The position numbers were made by a program, and so were the translations under genes. The notes beneath the pieces were generated by a model that was not told where the DNA came from, made no database searches, and saw only the letters and a program-made list of their open reading frames with translations. A stretch of 63,466 nucleotides of DNA, filler included, from Syncephalis fuscata S228 (Eukaryota > Fungi > Zoopagomycota), in assembly GCA_025786725.1 (NCBI GenBank). It is 6 parts of 6 records of this genome, joined end to end, with 100 filler letters (N's around TTAATTAATTAA, not from the genome) between each part and the next. Parts side by side here need not be neighbours in the genome. Positions count along the whole stretch, not along the records: positions 46,157 to 59,879 come from JAHLTZ010000242.1; positions 59,980 to 62,165 come from JAHLTZ010000359.1; positions 62,266 to 63,466 come from JAHLTZ010000370.1; 3 more parts are not named here. The stretch is one strand, 5' to 3'. Shown here in pieces: positions 51,622 to 63,466 of the stretch; the first letter of the stretch is position 1, and each line of letters starts with the position of its first letter.

Positions 51622-54600
51622 ATGACGCTTTTCTCTCTAACGTCTGATAAAAAGCGTTTGGCAGCGGCAGGACAGGAAATCCGATTACCGTCAATCAGTC
51701 CTGGTGCTGCTAATCCTTTTACAGGGTGTTTTGACGAAGCAGTATGGCGCGATAAACGCTATCTTGTAAGAATAGAATAGCTAATTACTTTAAACTATAG
51801 CTAGGCTAATTAAATGACGGATATTGTGCCATTTAGGTATGGGGCTGCGGCACAGGCATCGTGGTTTATTGTGATAATAGCTATAGTTACGAGGATGTAT
51901 CACGGCGTCCATTTGCTAAACGATTGGAGATTCGTGCCGTATCAATGTCATCACAAATGGGACTTGTAAGTTAGGAGAGTTGATCGTATTTAACAGTATT
52001 AAATCAATCGTTAGATTGCTTCGTGTGATTCTGAACAATTACGTATTCATCAATCCACGGGTGAAGATGTAATGTGTATAATAGTTGATATGTAAATGTA
52101 TTTAACAAATTAAATACTATGATGATGATGGCTATAGGATACAGAATGGCCAGTAGTATTGCATGAATTACAACCAACACTAAATTGTATAGCTTGGAGT
52201 CATCAAGGTAATAAATAATATTCTACACCTATAAATACATTCTAAGTCATTATGGAATAGGAACACTTATCACTGCCGGTGATGGTATAACTATATGGAG
52301 TGTTGCAGTATCAGAGGAGAATGGCACTATTGAATTAAATACAGTGTGGAAAACAACGTGGTACGTATTGCATTGATTAAATTAAATGATTTTAAACATA
52401 AAATAGTTTGGGCACACCAATCGCTGCCATTATAGCTACAGAGTATAGCACTATGTTTGCTACACTAGGTGCAGTAAGTGGACGAATACTGATTGGGCTA
52501 CAACTAATCAATTAAATTAGAAAAGTCGATTAGTTAAAGTATGGCATGGAAATACAGACCGAGTGGACTATCAGTATTCATATCTATCACATCCTCGTTC
52601 AGTTATCAATGCTATTTGGAGAGATCGAAATATTCCAAGGTAGCTTCATATAAATGCTAGTAATGGATAATCGCTTACACCGATTGATATAGCTTAGTAA
52701 CACTATGTACAGATGGATTCTCGCGGGTCTGGACTGCCCAGGCACCTGATGCCTTCTACATCACTAATGTGGTCGATGTTAGTGGTACAGGTGTTTGGCC
52801 AATGGTGCCACCCAATGCTGGTCGGCGGATTGTCAGCTGGTCTGATTGTTCTGAGGGTCAATCTTTGGCATTAGTAAGTATAAGCGTTAACGGTGCGATG
52901 TCTATTAATTCAATTATATAGGATAATGACCATAGTAGTGATTCATCTTCACATCGTGATATGTTGGTCGATGCCATTCTACTTGAATACACCGATGCTT
53001 CCGAACTAATTGCTTGGGCTATGCTGGTTAGTAGTATGCTAGTACTGGTTATTCAAATGATTGATGTGTCAATATGCTACAGTACGATGATGATGGTAGT
53101 GCATCGCTGCAGTCAGCTCCACTAATGATTGGAAAGATTCAGCTTGAAGGTCAATTAAAGTCGCTTGATTCTTGTGTTATTCAATCGGCCAATAATCATA
53201 GTGGTATGTATGGATTAAGTCAGATAGTTTATTGGTTAATCTAAGATGGTAGATATTGGTCTATCATTAATGACACCGGCCGGCGATATTTATCATATTT
53301 CATTTGGTAAACTAAACTGTCCTGAGCCATCACTGGTCAGTGTGGCATCTGGTAATCGACGAACTGTAGTTGAGATTGCTATACAACCACCGTATATTGC
53401 AACTCGGACACAAGATGATTCAATAACTTGTTTCTTAGTAAAGGTACAGTATATAGATGCTAGATGTACTGCTATATACTAATATAGTTGTTATTAGCCT
53501 GGTCAGACAATGTTGGAACCAGTATGGCAAGCATCTAATGTTTCGCATTTTAGTTGGGTCCAAGGCAGTAAGTTATTATTTATACAAACTATTCTAGTCA
53601 TTTATACTTGTTTTTACATAGGCGATGTTCTACTAAGTGTTGAAAAAGATGCTGTATTGGCCTATGCACTTGATAGTGGCCACATTACACGCACTCATGT
53701 TACACTATCCAAATTACTATCATCTATCACTTTAGTAAAAAGTGTACTGTTATCTAAGAATGTTTCCAATACATCGACTATGACCGCCGAAACTTGGGCA
53801 CTTGCATTAACGGGAAGATCCATGTCAGCCTGTGTTATTCTAAACAGAGGCAAGTATAATGATATACCATTAGATTTAACTAATAGTAGTACTAGATGGT
53901 ATTGCCATTGCTACACAGGCCACATTTGAGTTTCCAGATGCTTTGGCAGTTGCTGTTTCACGAGATCAACTTAATATTAAATGTACTGCTCAGGCATACT
54001 GTGTTGTTGCTTGTAAAAATGGATCAATTTTGGTTTATTTGATTGATGAGCAGGGTCAACAAACATCTCTGGGCCAATTTAATGTTACTTTATTATCCAA
54101 GGCACAGAATGTACATATATCTATTAATCATGATGGCACAGTTGCTTTAGGTAAATATTATATTGGTTATGGTTATGTTTTAATAATTAATGTTAATAAT
54201 GGTATTATTGCATAGCCTATATTATTGATGGACAAGCAACAGTAGAGATTTGGTCGTTAAATAAATTATCAAAACAATGGGTCCAAGGCTATTGCTACAC
54301 AATCAGGTAAGCTACACTATGTACTAATAAAGCTATCTAAAGCATGATTTATAGAAAAGAAAGTCCTTTATTAAATTTAATGTGGCAACAACAAGAAGCA
54401 ACATCAACAGATCTACTTATTCTATCAACATGTTCAGGACTGAATCTAGTGGCACGTGTACGCTCTATCGATTCAGCCTATGCACATGAATGGAGATTAA
54501 TTGGATCAATTCCTATGTAAGTAGATGAACAATAGAACCGATATACACTGGTTCTAATGATTTAATAGGGCACAGCAATGTAGTGCTCAATTCTATGGAG

Positions 54601-56544
54601 CCGATATGGTATTAGTTAAAGCAGAGTCTTGTCGTATTATTACCGTAATGAATATTTGGTCTGAAATACATTGGGGTAAGTAATTCATATTTCGTACTAA
54701 ATAGCCATTGATTGACTTTTATTAGAATTTGTCTATTCATCTCAACAGCGCTCACTTGCCCAAATATTAACTATTTTAAAGGCAGAAATGCCTCTTTATC
54801 ATCCAGAATTACTTGGTTTTATGGCACGACAAGGTATAGTAATGGCTATTATCACCATTACCATTTCTATCAATGAATGACTAATACATGTATAATAGCT
54901 GATTTTGAACGGACCAGGATAGCATTACATATATTGGAGGAGATGGTACATAACGGCGATAAATACGACGAGTATTTAGCTTCAAATAATAAGGTTGGTT
55001 AATTTTTTATTGTAGATACTTAATGTCTAATAAGTAAACTACAGATTCTACAATGTTTAAGACCAGTCTATAATCTTTCCGAGTATGTACATTATAGATA
55101 GAAATAATTAGTTTGCTAATATAGTATTATTATTATTATTATTATAGTACACTACCCATTGCTAAAAGTGCAGCCGAATATTTAGCCAATGATTTGGGAC
55201 AATTTGAATTACCGGGTATCACCGTACAAGAACGACAAGATCTTTGTACATTGATTAAAGTTATGGCTGAGGTAATAATAATAATAATACCTTTTAATAA
55301 TTTGATATTAATGGAATATCTAATTAGATTATAGATTGGTTACGTAGTCTAGATGCCATAGGTGCCCGCTTTGCTTTAGCCGTTCGACTTGCTACTATTG
55401 GCAATAATAATAATAATGGGAAATCATCATCTAAACCATTAAAATTGGGCTATCGAGAATTAAGTTGGGCCTATTATAGTTTGGGACAGGTAATATTCTT
55501 TATTATAACTATAATAATCAAATACACTAATTTAATTTGTTATTAGGACTCGTTATTCTCATTTTGCCAGTCACATTGTAGTTTAACTATGGATTGGCCA
55601 GCCGTAGCAGCACTTGGTATACCAATGTGGCTTAAAGATACAAATACACTGGTAGGTGGAGCATTTAACAAATATCAGTATATCAATTGTATGTTTAGAA
55701 AGGTTTATTGCTTAAAATGGCTCGTGATCGATTTACTGTAAGCAAGGATCCAATGAGTGCATCATTATTCTTTTTAGCGTTACGTAAAAAAACGCTTTTA
55801 CTTGGTCTTTGGCGTACGGCCAGTTTCCATCCAGAACAATCGAAAATGCTTAAATTCTTGAGCCAAGATTTTGATGATTCTCGTAAACAAAGTGCAGCAC
55901 TTAAAAATGCCTTTGCTTTACTGGGCAAACAACGTTATGGTAGATATATATAACTATGTGTGCATAAACCATTCTAATTACTGGATTATTATTTAGAATT
56001 GGCCGCTTCTTTCTTTTTGCTAGCTAATCGCTTAAAGGATGCAGTCAATGTGTGTATTAAGCATTTGAAAGATATTCAATTGGCCATTTGTATATGCCGT
56101 GTTTATGAAGGTAAACTATTATACTATTAGTTATCAAGTCTATTATGAAATTAATAATATTATATAGGCGATGATAGTCCATCACTACGGGATTTATATA
56201 CAACACTAACCAATTTGTCTTCAATCGAATTGCAACAAATATTACCACAAGAAAATATTGTCTGGTTAAAATCAGTCATTGCTTTTGCCGCAGATGATCG
56301 TATTCAAGCAATGAACATTCTAGTAGTAAGTAGCTATTTATAATACTGTTATTCACCATTATTAACATTATATTTGATATAGAATGATATTCTGGAAAAT
56401 GGTGACCTTGCTGATCCTAGTATTTATCCGGTGATTGAACACTTGCGTATCACTCATCGCTTACCATTACCTGATGATGTACAGCTACAATTGCAGTCGT
56501 GGTATCTTGCTATGGAACGCAGTGCTTATAACAGTTTGTTTTAA
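51622..56544 (+). CDS. RAV1: RAVE complex subunit Rav1 (DMXL/rabconnectin-like), ~25 introns
   Basis: YLSHPRSV, MPLYHPELL, SLDAIGARF, LGIPMWL, ASLFFLALRKK, WRTASFHPEQ, SAALKNAFALLGKQRYELAASFFLLA. Confidence 0.85.
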
Positions 56545-56681
56545 AATTATTCTATCACACACACACACACACACAAATACACACAATTCGAATCAAATAT
56601 TACGTGTTTAAATCAAGTCAACAAACGATCAATCGCGCTGCCATTCCCACCACAACCATAACAATTTTCACTATAGACGCT

Positions 56682-58339
56682 TTAACTAAGCTGTAACGCG
56701 GCCAAATATGCTTGTGTTTCAATGACCTGCAAATAATTAGTTTATGTATTAAATGATGATTATTCCCATTAAACTTTTCAACCATTAATTAATTAACGAT
56801 TAGCTTACCTCAAGTGCTTGAAGTAGTTCCAATCTTTGACGTGCTGCTTAATCCAGTCGCGTGCTAGATTCTTTGGCCAGCCTTGTAATTGATTGATTTC
56901 ACGTGTCGCGTTATCGAGATCATTTTTGGCGAGTAAATAGTCGGTACGGGCAATTACGGCTCGACATCAGTACCAGGGACGTAGCCTTGTTTTTTAACCA
57001 TAGTTTGGACATAGTAGCCGACACGGCATGGCTCACTAAACCGCCATCTTCAGGGACCATGGCAGCACGACGTACCTGCTCTTTAACTACGGCAAATCGA
57101 TCGGTAAGTTCTAGTGGTGTATCGACACCGCGATAAGCCGTCTCCTCAGTAATGGTCGCCACTACCGATTCGAGAATAGGGAAATGCGGGGCCAATTGGC
57201 GTAGTGCATCGAGTTCATTGGCAAATCCAGTTCGTTGGTTGGATTCAAGTGCACGACGCAATGCACCAGCAATGATTTGCAATCGGTTGTTTAAGGCACA
57301 TTGATCAATAACCGTTGAATTCTCTTTGCATATAATTTCGAGTTGTTTCAGCGATTCGGCAACTTGATCTAGATTTGCCAGACGGCCAACACGCTCCTCG
57401 TCTACGCTTAGACGTAGATCACGTTGCCAGCGGCGTTGTAGATCCTCTCGTAGCAACTGCATACGTCGTAGAATTTCTTCACGATAGCGTACAATCAGCG
57501 CACGTCGTTCATCCTGCCAATGGGCTGCCAATTCTTCTTTTTGTTTATCTAATGCCACATTCTGTTCATCCTTTAATAACTGGACTGTTTGTTGTAATAC
57601 TGCATCTCTTTCCTCAAGCGATTTACGAAGTGTACCAACATCGCCTGATGACCAATTACACATAACACGGTCTGTTTGATCTAATACACGAACTACTTGG
57701 TTTAAAATAGCCTGTGTATCATCTGTAATTAGTGTATGATCCAGACTATCAATTAAACTATCAATAGTAGTGAATAGTTTGACGAGTGTTGGATCGGTAG
57801 ACGTTGGCTGTGACAATTTGTGCAGTTTAGTTTTTGGTGCTTTTGGCTTCGTAGTAGTAGTAGTAGTAGTAGTGGCAACTACCGGTACTGCGGTAGTAGT
57901 TGGCTCAGCTGAAGCCGTCTCAGTCACTGCTTCTTTACTTGATACCTGCTGCACAAGTGCATCGACGCCCATCTTCATATGACGTCCAACTAACTTGGCC
58001 TTTTCGGCTGTGGTGTCCACTGCATCAACCAGATCATCGCCACTATCTAAATTTTTTGATACATATTGACGGACGTTGTCGTTGGTATGTCCAATGTAGA
58101 CTAGGCCTGCACCCACGAGTGTGGTATATAGTAGAAACTTGGGCAAGCGGCGCTTTGGTTTAGGCGTTGGCTTTGGTGGTGTTGGCGTAGGATTTGCCGT
58201 AGAGGCTGAGACACTTCGACGCTATTGACGTTCAATTATAAGCAACATAGATTGTATACAGGCTAGATCAGGCCATTTTACTTACTGGCTGCAATAAAAC
58301 GCGCCGAGAAACACGTGTTGCAGCGGTACGTGCAAACAT
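56682..58339 (-). CDS. MIC60: MICOS subunit Mic60 (mitofilin); deletions near 56830-56985
   Basis: Arg-rich presequence, one TM, coiled coils, VDEERVGRLANL, mitofilin C-terminus DLDNATREINQLQGWPKNLARDW. Confidence 0.88.
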
Positions 58340-58768
58340 GATCAACACCAGTAAGCCAGTAAAGTAGCGATTAAACAAAGTAGTCGGCTATGGTGGGTGT
58401 GCCGGCACAAGAGATTCAGCTTTCTCTTAGCAGCAGGCAAATAATCGCCAAAGGACACCACGAAGAAGAAAGAGAGAGGAACGAATTATATCTCGGATGT
58501 GTTGTTAACAACGACATTTAATCCAGTTTAAATTTCAATTAGAGATAAACACCAAGCCATTTAAAATACCAGTATGAATCGATATCAGTAAATACTTAAT
58601 TGTCAATAAATATACGCAGTTATTTAGAATATTATCGTCTAATTAATATATGGAATGGCGTGGTTTTTGGCGTGATATTTAGTGTAGATACGGAAATTTC
58701 ATATATTTTAACACTTTCTTTTATTTTGCAGTCATCTGAGAAAAAGACTTTTGCTAATTGCTTACAAC

Positions 58769-59236
58769 ATGGCGTCTGAGGATAGTCTTAAAGAGATATT
58801 TACGATAAATTAAACGCTGTACATGTTGTAAGTAGTAGCGATATTGATATTAATAAAGAATAGATTATTTAAACTGATACAATTATTATGTCAGGAAATA
58901 CAGGATGTGTCTGGTAAGTAGCCGTTGACCAAAGTAGCTACATATCAATGTTTTTATGTTAGGTGGATGTGGCCAAAGCTTTGAAGCCATTATCGTATCA
59001 GATCAGTTTGCTGGCAAGTCGTTATTGCAGCGACATCGGTAAGTTTCAATATTTCAGCCATCAATTACTTATCATTGCACACAGTCTGGTTAATTCTGTA
59101 GCCAAAGATACAATCAGTCAATTACACGCCTTTTCACAGGTAAGTGTGCTTATTGCTTAATCAATTTGTTATTAATTCATTAATAGAAACGTATACCTTG
59201 GACGAATGGACCAAACATCAAGCCACAACCAACTAA
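58769..59236 (+). CDS. BOLA2: BolA2 (Fra2) protein, 5 exons; absent from the ORF track
   Basis: Spliced [36 protein letters not shown]...LHAFSQKTYT. Confidence 0.88.
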
Positions 59237-59462
59237 TTCAATAAAGCATTTGTGTAGCTTGACTTGCCAACTGGTGTAATTAAATGGCACAGGGGTATAG
59301 CCCCAGTTACCCATGTCCATATTTGGATGATGACGTTTCCATTGCCTTCCATAAAGCACTTGACAGTAAAGAATTTACGGGCCCTTATAAAGTAGCAACT
59401 GCGCTACTACGCCAGTTAAACAGTACAACGCTTTTTGTTTCTATTTGCTTAGTTATTTCATC

Positions 59463-59879
59463 ATGGCCAACCCAAAGGTTTACTTCGACATCACCAAAAA
59501 TGACGGTTCGCCACTCGGTCGCATCGTCATGGAACTCCATGCTGATGTTGTCCCAAAGACCGCCGAAAATTTCCGTCAATTGTGCACTGGTGAAGCTGGC
59601 TTCGGATACAAAGGATGTGCTTTCCATCGTATTATTCCAGAATTTATGCTTCAGGGTGGCGATTTTTTACTATGGCAATGGCACTGGTTGGCAAATCCAT
59701 TTATGGTGCAAAATTTGCCGACGAAGACTTCACTCTTAAGCACACCGGTCCAGGTATTCTTTCCATGGCCAATGCTGGTCCAAAACCAACGGTTCCCAGT
59801 TTTTCATTTGCACTGTGCCGACCCACATTCGACGGCAAACACGTTGTGTTTGGTAAAGTAGTTTGAGGCATGGATGTTG
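59463..59879 (+). CDS. CPR1: Cyclophilin A, frameshifted and truncated at contig end
   Basis: [60 protein letters not shown]. Confidence 0.9.
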
Positions 59880-60218
59880 NNNNNNNNNNNNNNNNNNNNN
59901 NNNNNNNNNNNNNNNNNNNNNNNTTAATTAATTAANNNNNNNNNNNNNNNNNNNNNNNNNNNNNNNNNNNNNNNNNNNNGCTCGAATTATTATAGCTGAA
60001 AATATTCTTAATCCCGAACCTGCGAGCAGGTTCTGATCTTTATCACATGCAGCTATAATATTAAAAGGAGATAGGGGTACAATGCGTAAATGGTTAAATT
60101 CTAATAAACCATTTAAAAAAGAATGGATTTTAAATGAAAAAATAATTTAATCTTTATGTGTCGTATAATTAAAAGTTATTAAAAGCTAAACTTCTTATTC
60201 AAATATATAGTTAAAAGT

Positions 60219-61319
60219 ATGCTAGCTTTAATAGGAAATTTAAATCCTTTTTTTTATTTTATCTTTCAGTCATCTTCGGTGGCGAAAGATTTATTTAATA
60301 AATTAGGTTCAGTTCATTTGTCAACTAACTCTAATATTCCCTCTAATAATGGCTACTCAGATAATGATCCTTCTAATGATTCAACTTTACCCTCATTAAA
60401 TAATAAAAAAGTTTATTTTTTTGATGATCTTTTAATTAATAAAAAGGATATTTTCCATTTAGTTAAAAATCAAGGTGGAATTTACATATTTCAGAACAAA
60501 ATCAACGGAAAGCGTTACGTTGGAAGTTCTATTAATTTAGCAAATAGATTAAGATCTTATTTTACTGATAATTTTGTCTTTGATTTTAGATCATCAATTT
60601 ATTCTGCTATTATTAAGTATGGTTTGATAAATTTTTCATTAATTATTGTTATTATCCCTGATGCTACAAAGGAATCAGTTTTAGCTTTAGAACAATTTGC
60701 TATGGACACTTATAAGTCTGAATATAATATATTAAAAATAGCTGGGTCTACTGCAGGTAAAGAATATACTGAGGAGTATAAATTAAATATGAGAAAAATA
60801 TTAGGTTCTCCAGTTTATATTTATTCTTTAAATGATGTGTTACTTTATATAGTGGATTCGATTAAGGCTACAGCAAAACAATTTACTTCTAATGAGATTA
60901 CAATTAGTAAATATTTAGATAGTAATAAATTGTTTAGAAAGTATTTTAAATTATTTTCAAAGCCTTTAGTTTTATCAGATACACCTAAATATACTTTACA
61001 AGAATTTTTAGAGTATGTTTCTAACAAAAAACATTCTTTTAAAGGTGAGAATAATCCTATGTTTGGGATTAGTCTATCCGGTGAAGCAAATGGGTTTTAT
61101 GGTAAAACACATTCAGAAGCTACTCGTATTAATATGAGAAAAGCTAAGGGTACATCTATTTTTATTTATTCAGCAGATAAGTCTACTTTATTGTATACTT
61201 TTGATTCTGCTAATGAGGCGGCTAAGTTTATAGGTTGTTCAAGACCTACTTTATTGAAGTTTATTAGAGCTGAGAAGTTTTTAATTAAGGGCTATTATGT
61301 TACTATAAATGAACTTTAA
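60219..61319 (+). mobile_element. Mitochondrial GIY-YIG homing endonuclease ORF with NUMOD3- and NUMOD1/IENR1-like DNA-binding modules
   Basis: GIYIFQNKINGKRYVGSSINLANRL, GENNPMFG, FYGKTHSEAT, FDSANEAAKFIG; very AT-rich contig that carries cox1 exons. Confidence 0.9.
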
Positions 61320-61546
61320 GTTTGTTAATTATTGGATTTTTGATTTTGGTGGGTAAACGTTTATGTCCAATCTGTATAAGATGGTAATGAATCTCCAGTC
61401 CCTAGGGACTTAAGACTCATGAGGTGTAGGTTAGGGGATAATGACTTATTCATTTTCCACCAAAATCAAAAATCCATTTTGAGCACGTATTATTTTTTTA
61501 CGGCATAGCCCAAAAAAGTATTAAATACTTTTTTGAATATAACTAT

Positions 61547-61730
61547 ATGTAGAAAATTATTATTATGTAAGTTATTTTTTTAATCTACAGGTCATTTTTT
61601 CTTTAAGACCTTAGAGACTATACGTTATTAATAAAACAATAAAAATATGTTTTTATGGCTAAGAAATAGTCCCTTTTTTCATTTATAAATGTGAGAACCG
61701 TCCCTAGGACGGTCACTATGATAATAAAAG
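61547..61730 (+). mobile_element. Group I intron catalytic core and 3' end (5' boundary not determined)
   Basis: P atgtagaaaa (61547), Q aatctacagg (61582), R ttagagactata (61611), S aagaaatagtcc (61661), terminal G at 61730. Confidence 0.75.
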
Positions 61731-61748
61731 TTTTTAGTATGCCTGCTT
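61731..61748 (+). CDS. cox1: cox1 micro-exon (FLVMPA + T)
   Basis: tttttagtatgcctgctt gives F-L-V-M-P-A if one base is restored; joins the next exon as GCT T|TA ATT GGA. Confidence 0.7.
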
Positions 61749-61967
61749 TAAAATTAGAGCCAAAAATTTTTAATGATTTTTTGAAAAATAGGTTATATGC
61801 TGAAAATTGATAAAGAATTAATAAAATTTTTTTTTAATCAGCAGGATATTTTATTTTACTTATGTTATAAATTAATTTCCTTAACGATCATACACCTTAA
61901 ATCATAAACTAAGTTTATTTGATTATGATATGATCTTTTTTAAACGTATAATAAACGTTTTAAAAAG
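61749..61967 (+). mobile_element. 219-nt ORF-less group I intron in cox1
   Basis: P1 gcttta/tagagc with U.G at the splice site, P atgctgaaaa, Q aatcagcagg, P7 gatcat/atgatc, terminal G. Confidence 0.75.
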
Positions 61968-62026
61968 TAATTGGAGGTTTTGGTAATTGGTTTGTACCTT
62001 TAATGATTGGAGCTGTAGATATGGCA
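61968..62026 (+). CDS. cox1: cox1 exon, followed by another intron
   Basis: IGGFGNWFVPLMIGAVDMA; exact 3' boundary uncertain. Confidence 0.9.
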
Positions 62027-62612
62027 AAAAAATATATTAAATATTATATAAATATTTTATTATTTTTATTTTATAATTTTCAATATAATTCTTTAAAAAA
62101 AAATAAAGTTTTTAACATTTTTTATTCTTCTTTTTCAACACGAGTTATTACATCGAATATAAAAANNNNNNNNNNNNNNNNNNNNNNNNNNNNNNNNNNN
62201 NNNNNNNNNTTAATTAATTAANNNNNNNNNNNNNNNNNNNNNNNNNNNNNNNNNNNNNNNNNNNNGTGCAAGTGGGAACGTGGCTAGTGGATAAATGCTG
62301 TCAAGTGTGGTGGAGAAAGAGGAACGTGTGACGCAAATCGTGTGCTATGCGATCGGCAGTCTGTTTTTATAGTGTGGGTGCAAGTGCTGATGTAATATGA
62401 ATAAACAATTATTATGATTGGTGCCAATTGACTTGTTTGACAGCACTCGCCCAGTCAAACTAAACGTTTATTTTATTGAATAATCATTTTTATTAAATTA
62501 TCAAATCATTAGATTATATTATGATTTGGGTGTCAAATGACTAAATTTAATAACATTCGCGCAATTGCACTGCACATTCATCTATTGAACATGGGGACAA
62601 GTGGTGAGTTTT

Positions 62613-63465
62613 ATTTAATCGTCACATCATCACACTTATTGCTTTTTTTGGGGACAAATGACTAATATTTAATAACGCCCAATCTATTGAACATGATGAT
62701 GGGTGGTGAGTGACATCAGTCATCAAAATACTCATCAGCATAAGATTCGTTATCCAGTATGCATATATCCACCATTTATTATCTCTTATCTCCTGTACTA
62801 TCCCACACCATTGTAATCACATTCTACGATACACTAGACACACTTTATTGTTTATATACACCAACAAACTCCATTCAGTCTACTCATTGCGCTATATGCA
62901 CTATAGCTTTAACTTTATTTTATATGCTTTTTCACCGTACATTTATTATTCTATATTCATTTCTATAATCGCTTAGCCTTCCTCTATCCAAATCTTTTAT
63001 ACTTTTGTTCTAGCTTTATTATTAATAAATATCGACTAATGTCGGCCATCTGCTCATGCATATATGCTCAATAACATTAACATTGCTAATCGTTACTGCG
63101 TATTGCATATTCTTTATATTATATGCCGTTTTATTGTCTAATGACTACTGGCTATTATGCAGCTGTTCTTTTGTTTTAGCTCTATTATTATAAAGTTGAC
63201 TAATTTGCTCAGCTTGCTTAATAGACTATATATTATTTATTTAAAACTCATAGCAAACAGAATGTATTCAATATGTCATATAATGGTAATGATATAGGTA
63301 GATAGTAGATATATATGCATATTGGACAATAAAGCTACAATGATGAGTGTTTGATGACTGATGTCACTCACCGCCCATCATCATGTTCAATAGATCGGAC
63401 GTTATTAAAAATAGTCATTTAACCACCAAATCACAATATAAATGTAATAATGCGACGATTAAATC
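62613..63465. repeat. Long imperfect inverted repeat (MITE/foldback-like), right arm cut by the window end
   Basis: atctattgaacatgatgatgggtggtgagtgacatcagtcatcaaa is mirrored by tttgatgactgatgtcactcaccgcccatcatcatgttcaatagat. Confidence 0.85.
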
Positions 63466-63466
63466 A

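Noticed and set aside
13483-62265. Repeated TTAATTAATTAA motif between N runs
   Set aside because: Artificial six-frame-stop linker; adjacency across it has no biological meaning

Overview
Eukaryotic, AT-rich fungal DNA. It is not one locus: six contigs are joined by artificial N-TTAATTAATTAA-N linkers (13483-13582, 32978-33077, 46057-46156, 59880-59979, 62166-62265). Gene content and very short (~45-80 nt) introns point to an early-diverging fungus; a Zoopagomycota mycoparasite such as Syncephalis is an unverified guess. Compact blocks of intron-rich housekeeping genes (DNA ligase I, HSP10/HSP60, eIF3h, TatD, GGC1, TGL4-like lipase, DBR1, NDUFA4-like, TIM23, eL8, RPB11, TMEM184, MMSDH, ENT3, RAV1, MIC60, BolA2, cyclophilin, tRNA-Arg) alternate with AT-rich regions. 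Those regions carry lineage-specific families (secreted pseudokinases, a 7TM pair, a 2TM channel-like pair, F-box proteins, a FAS1-like protein, an N/Q-rich secreted protein) and long inverted repeats. One contig is mitochondrial (cox1 exons, group I introns, GIY-YIG endonuclease). The strongest finding is two minor-spliceosome (U12-type) introns, one AT-AC in TatD and one GT-AG in the lipase, both required to restore conserved protein sequence; they imply an active minor spliceosome in this fungus. Many apparent frameshifts are single-base homopolymer deletions and are most likely assembly errors.
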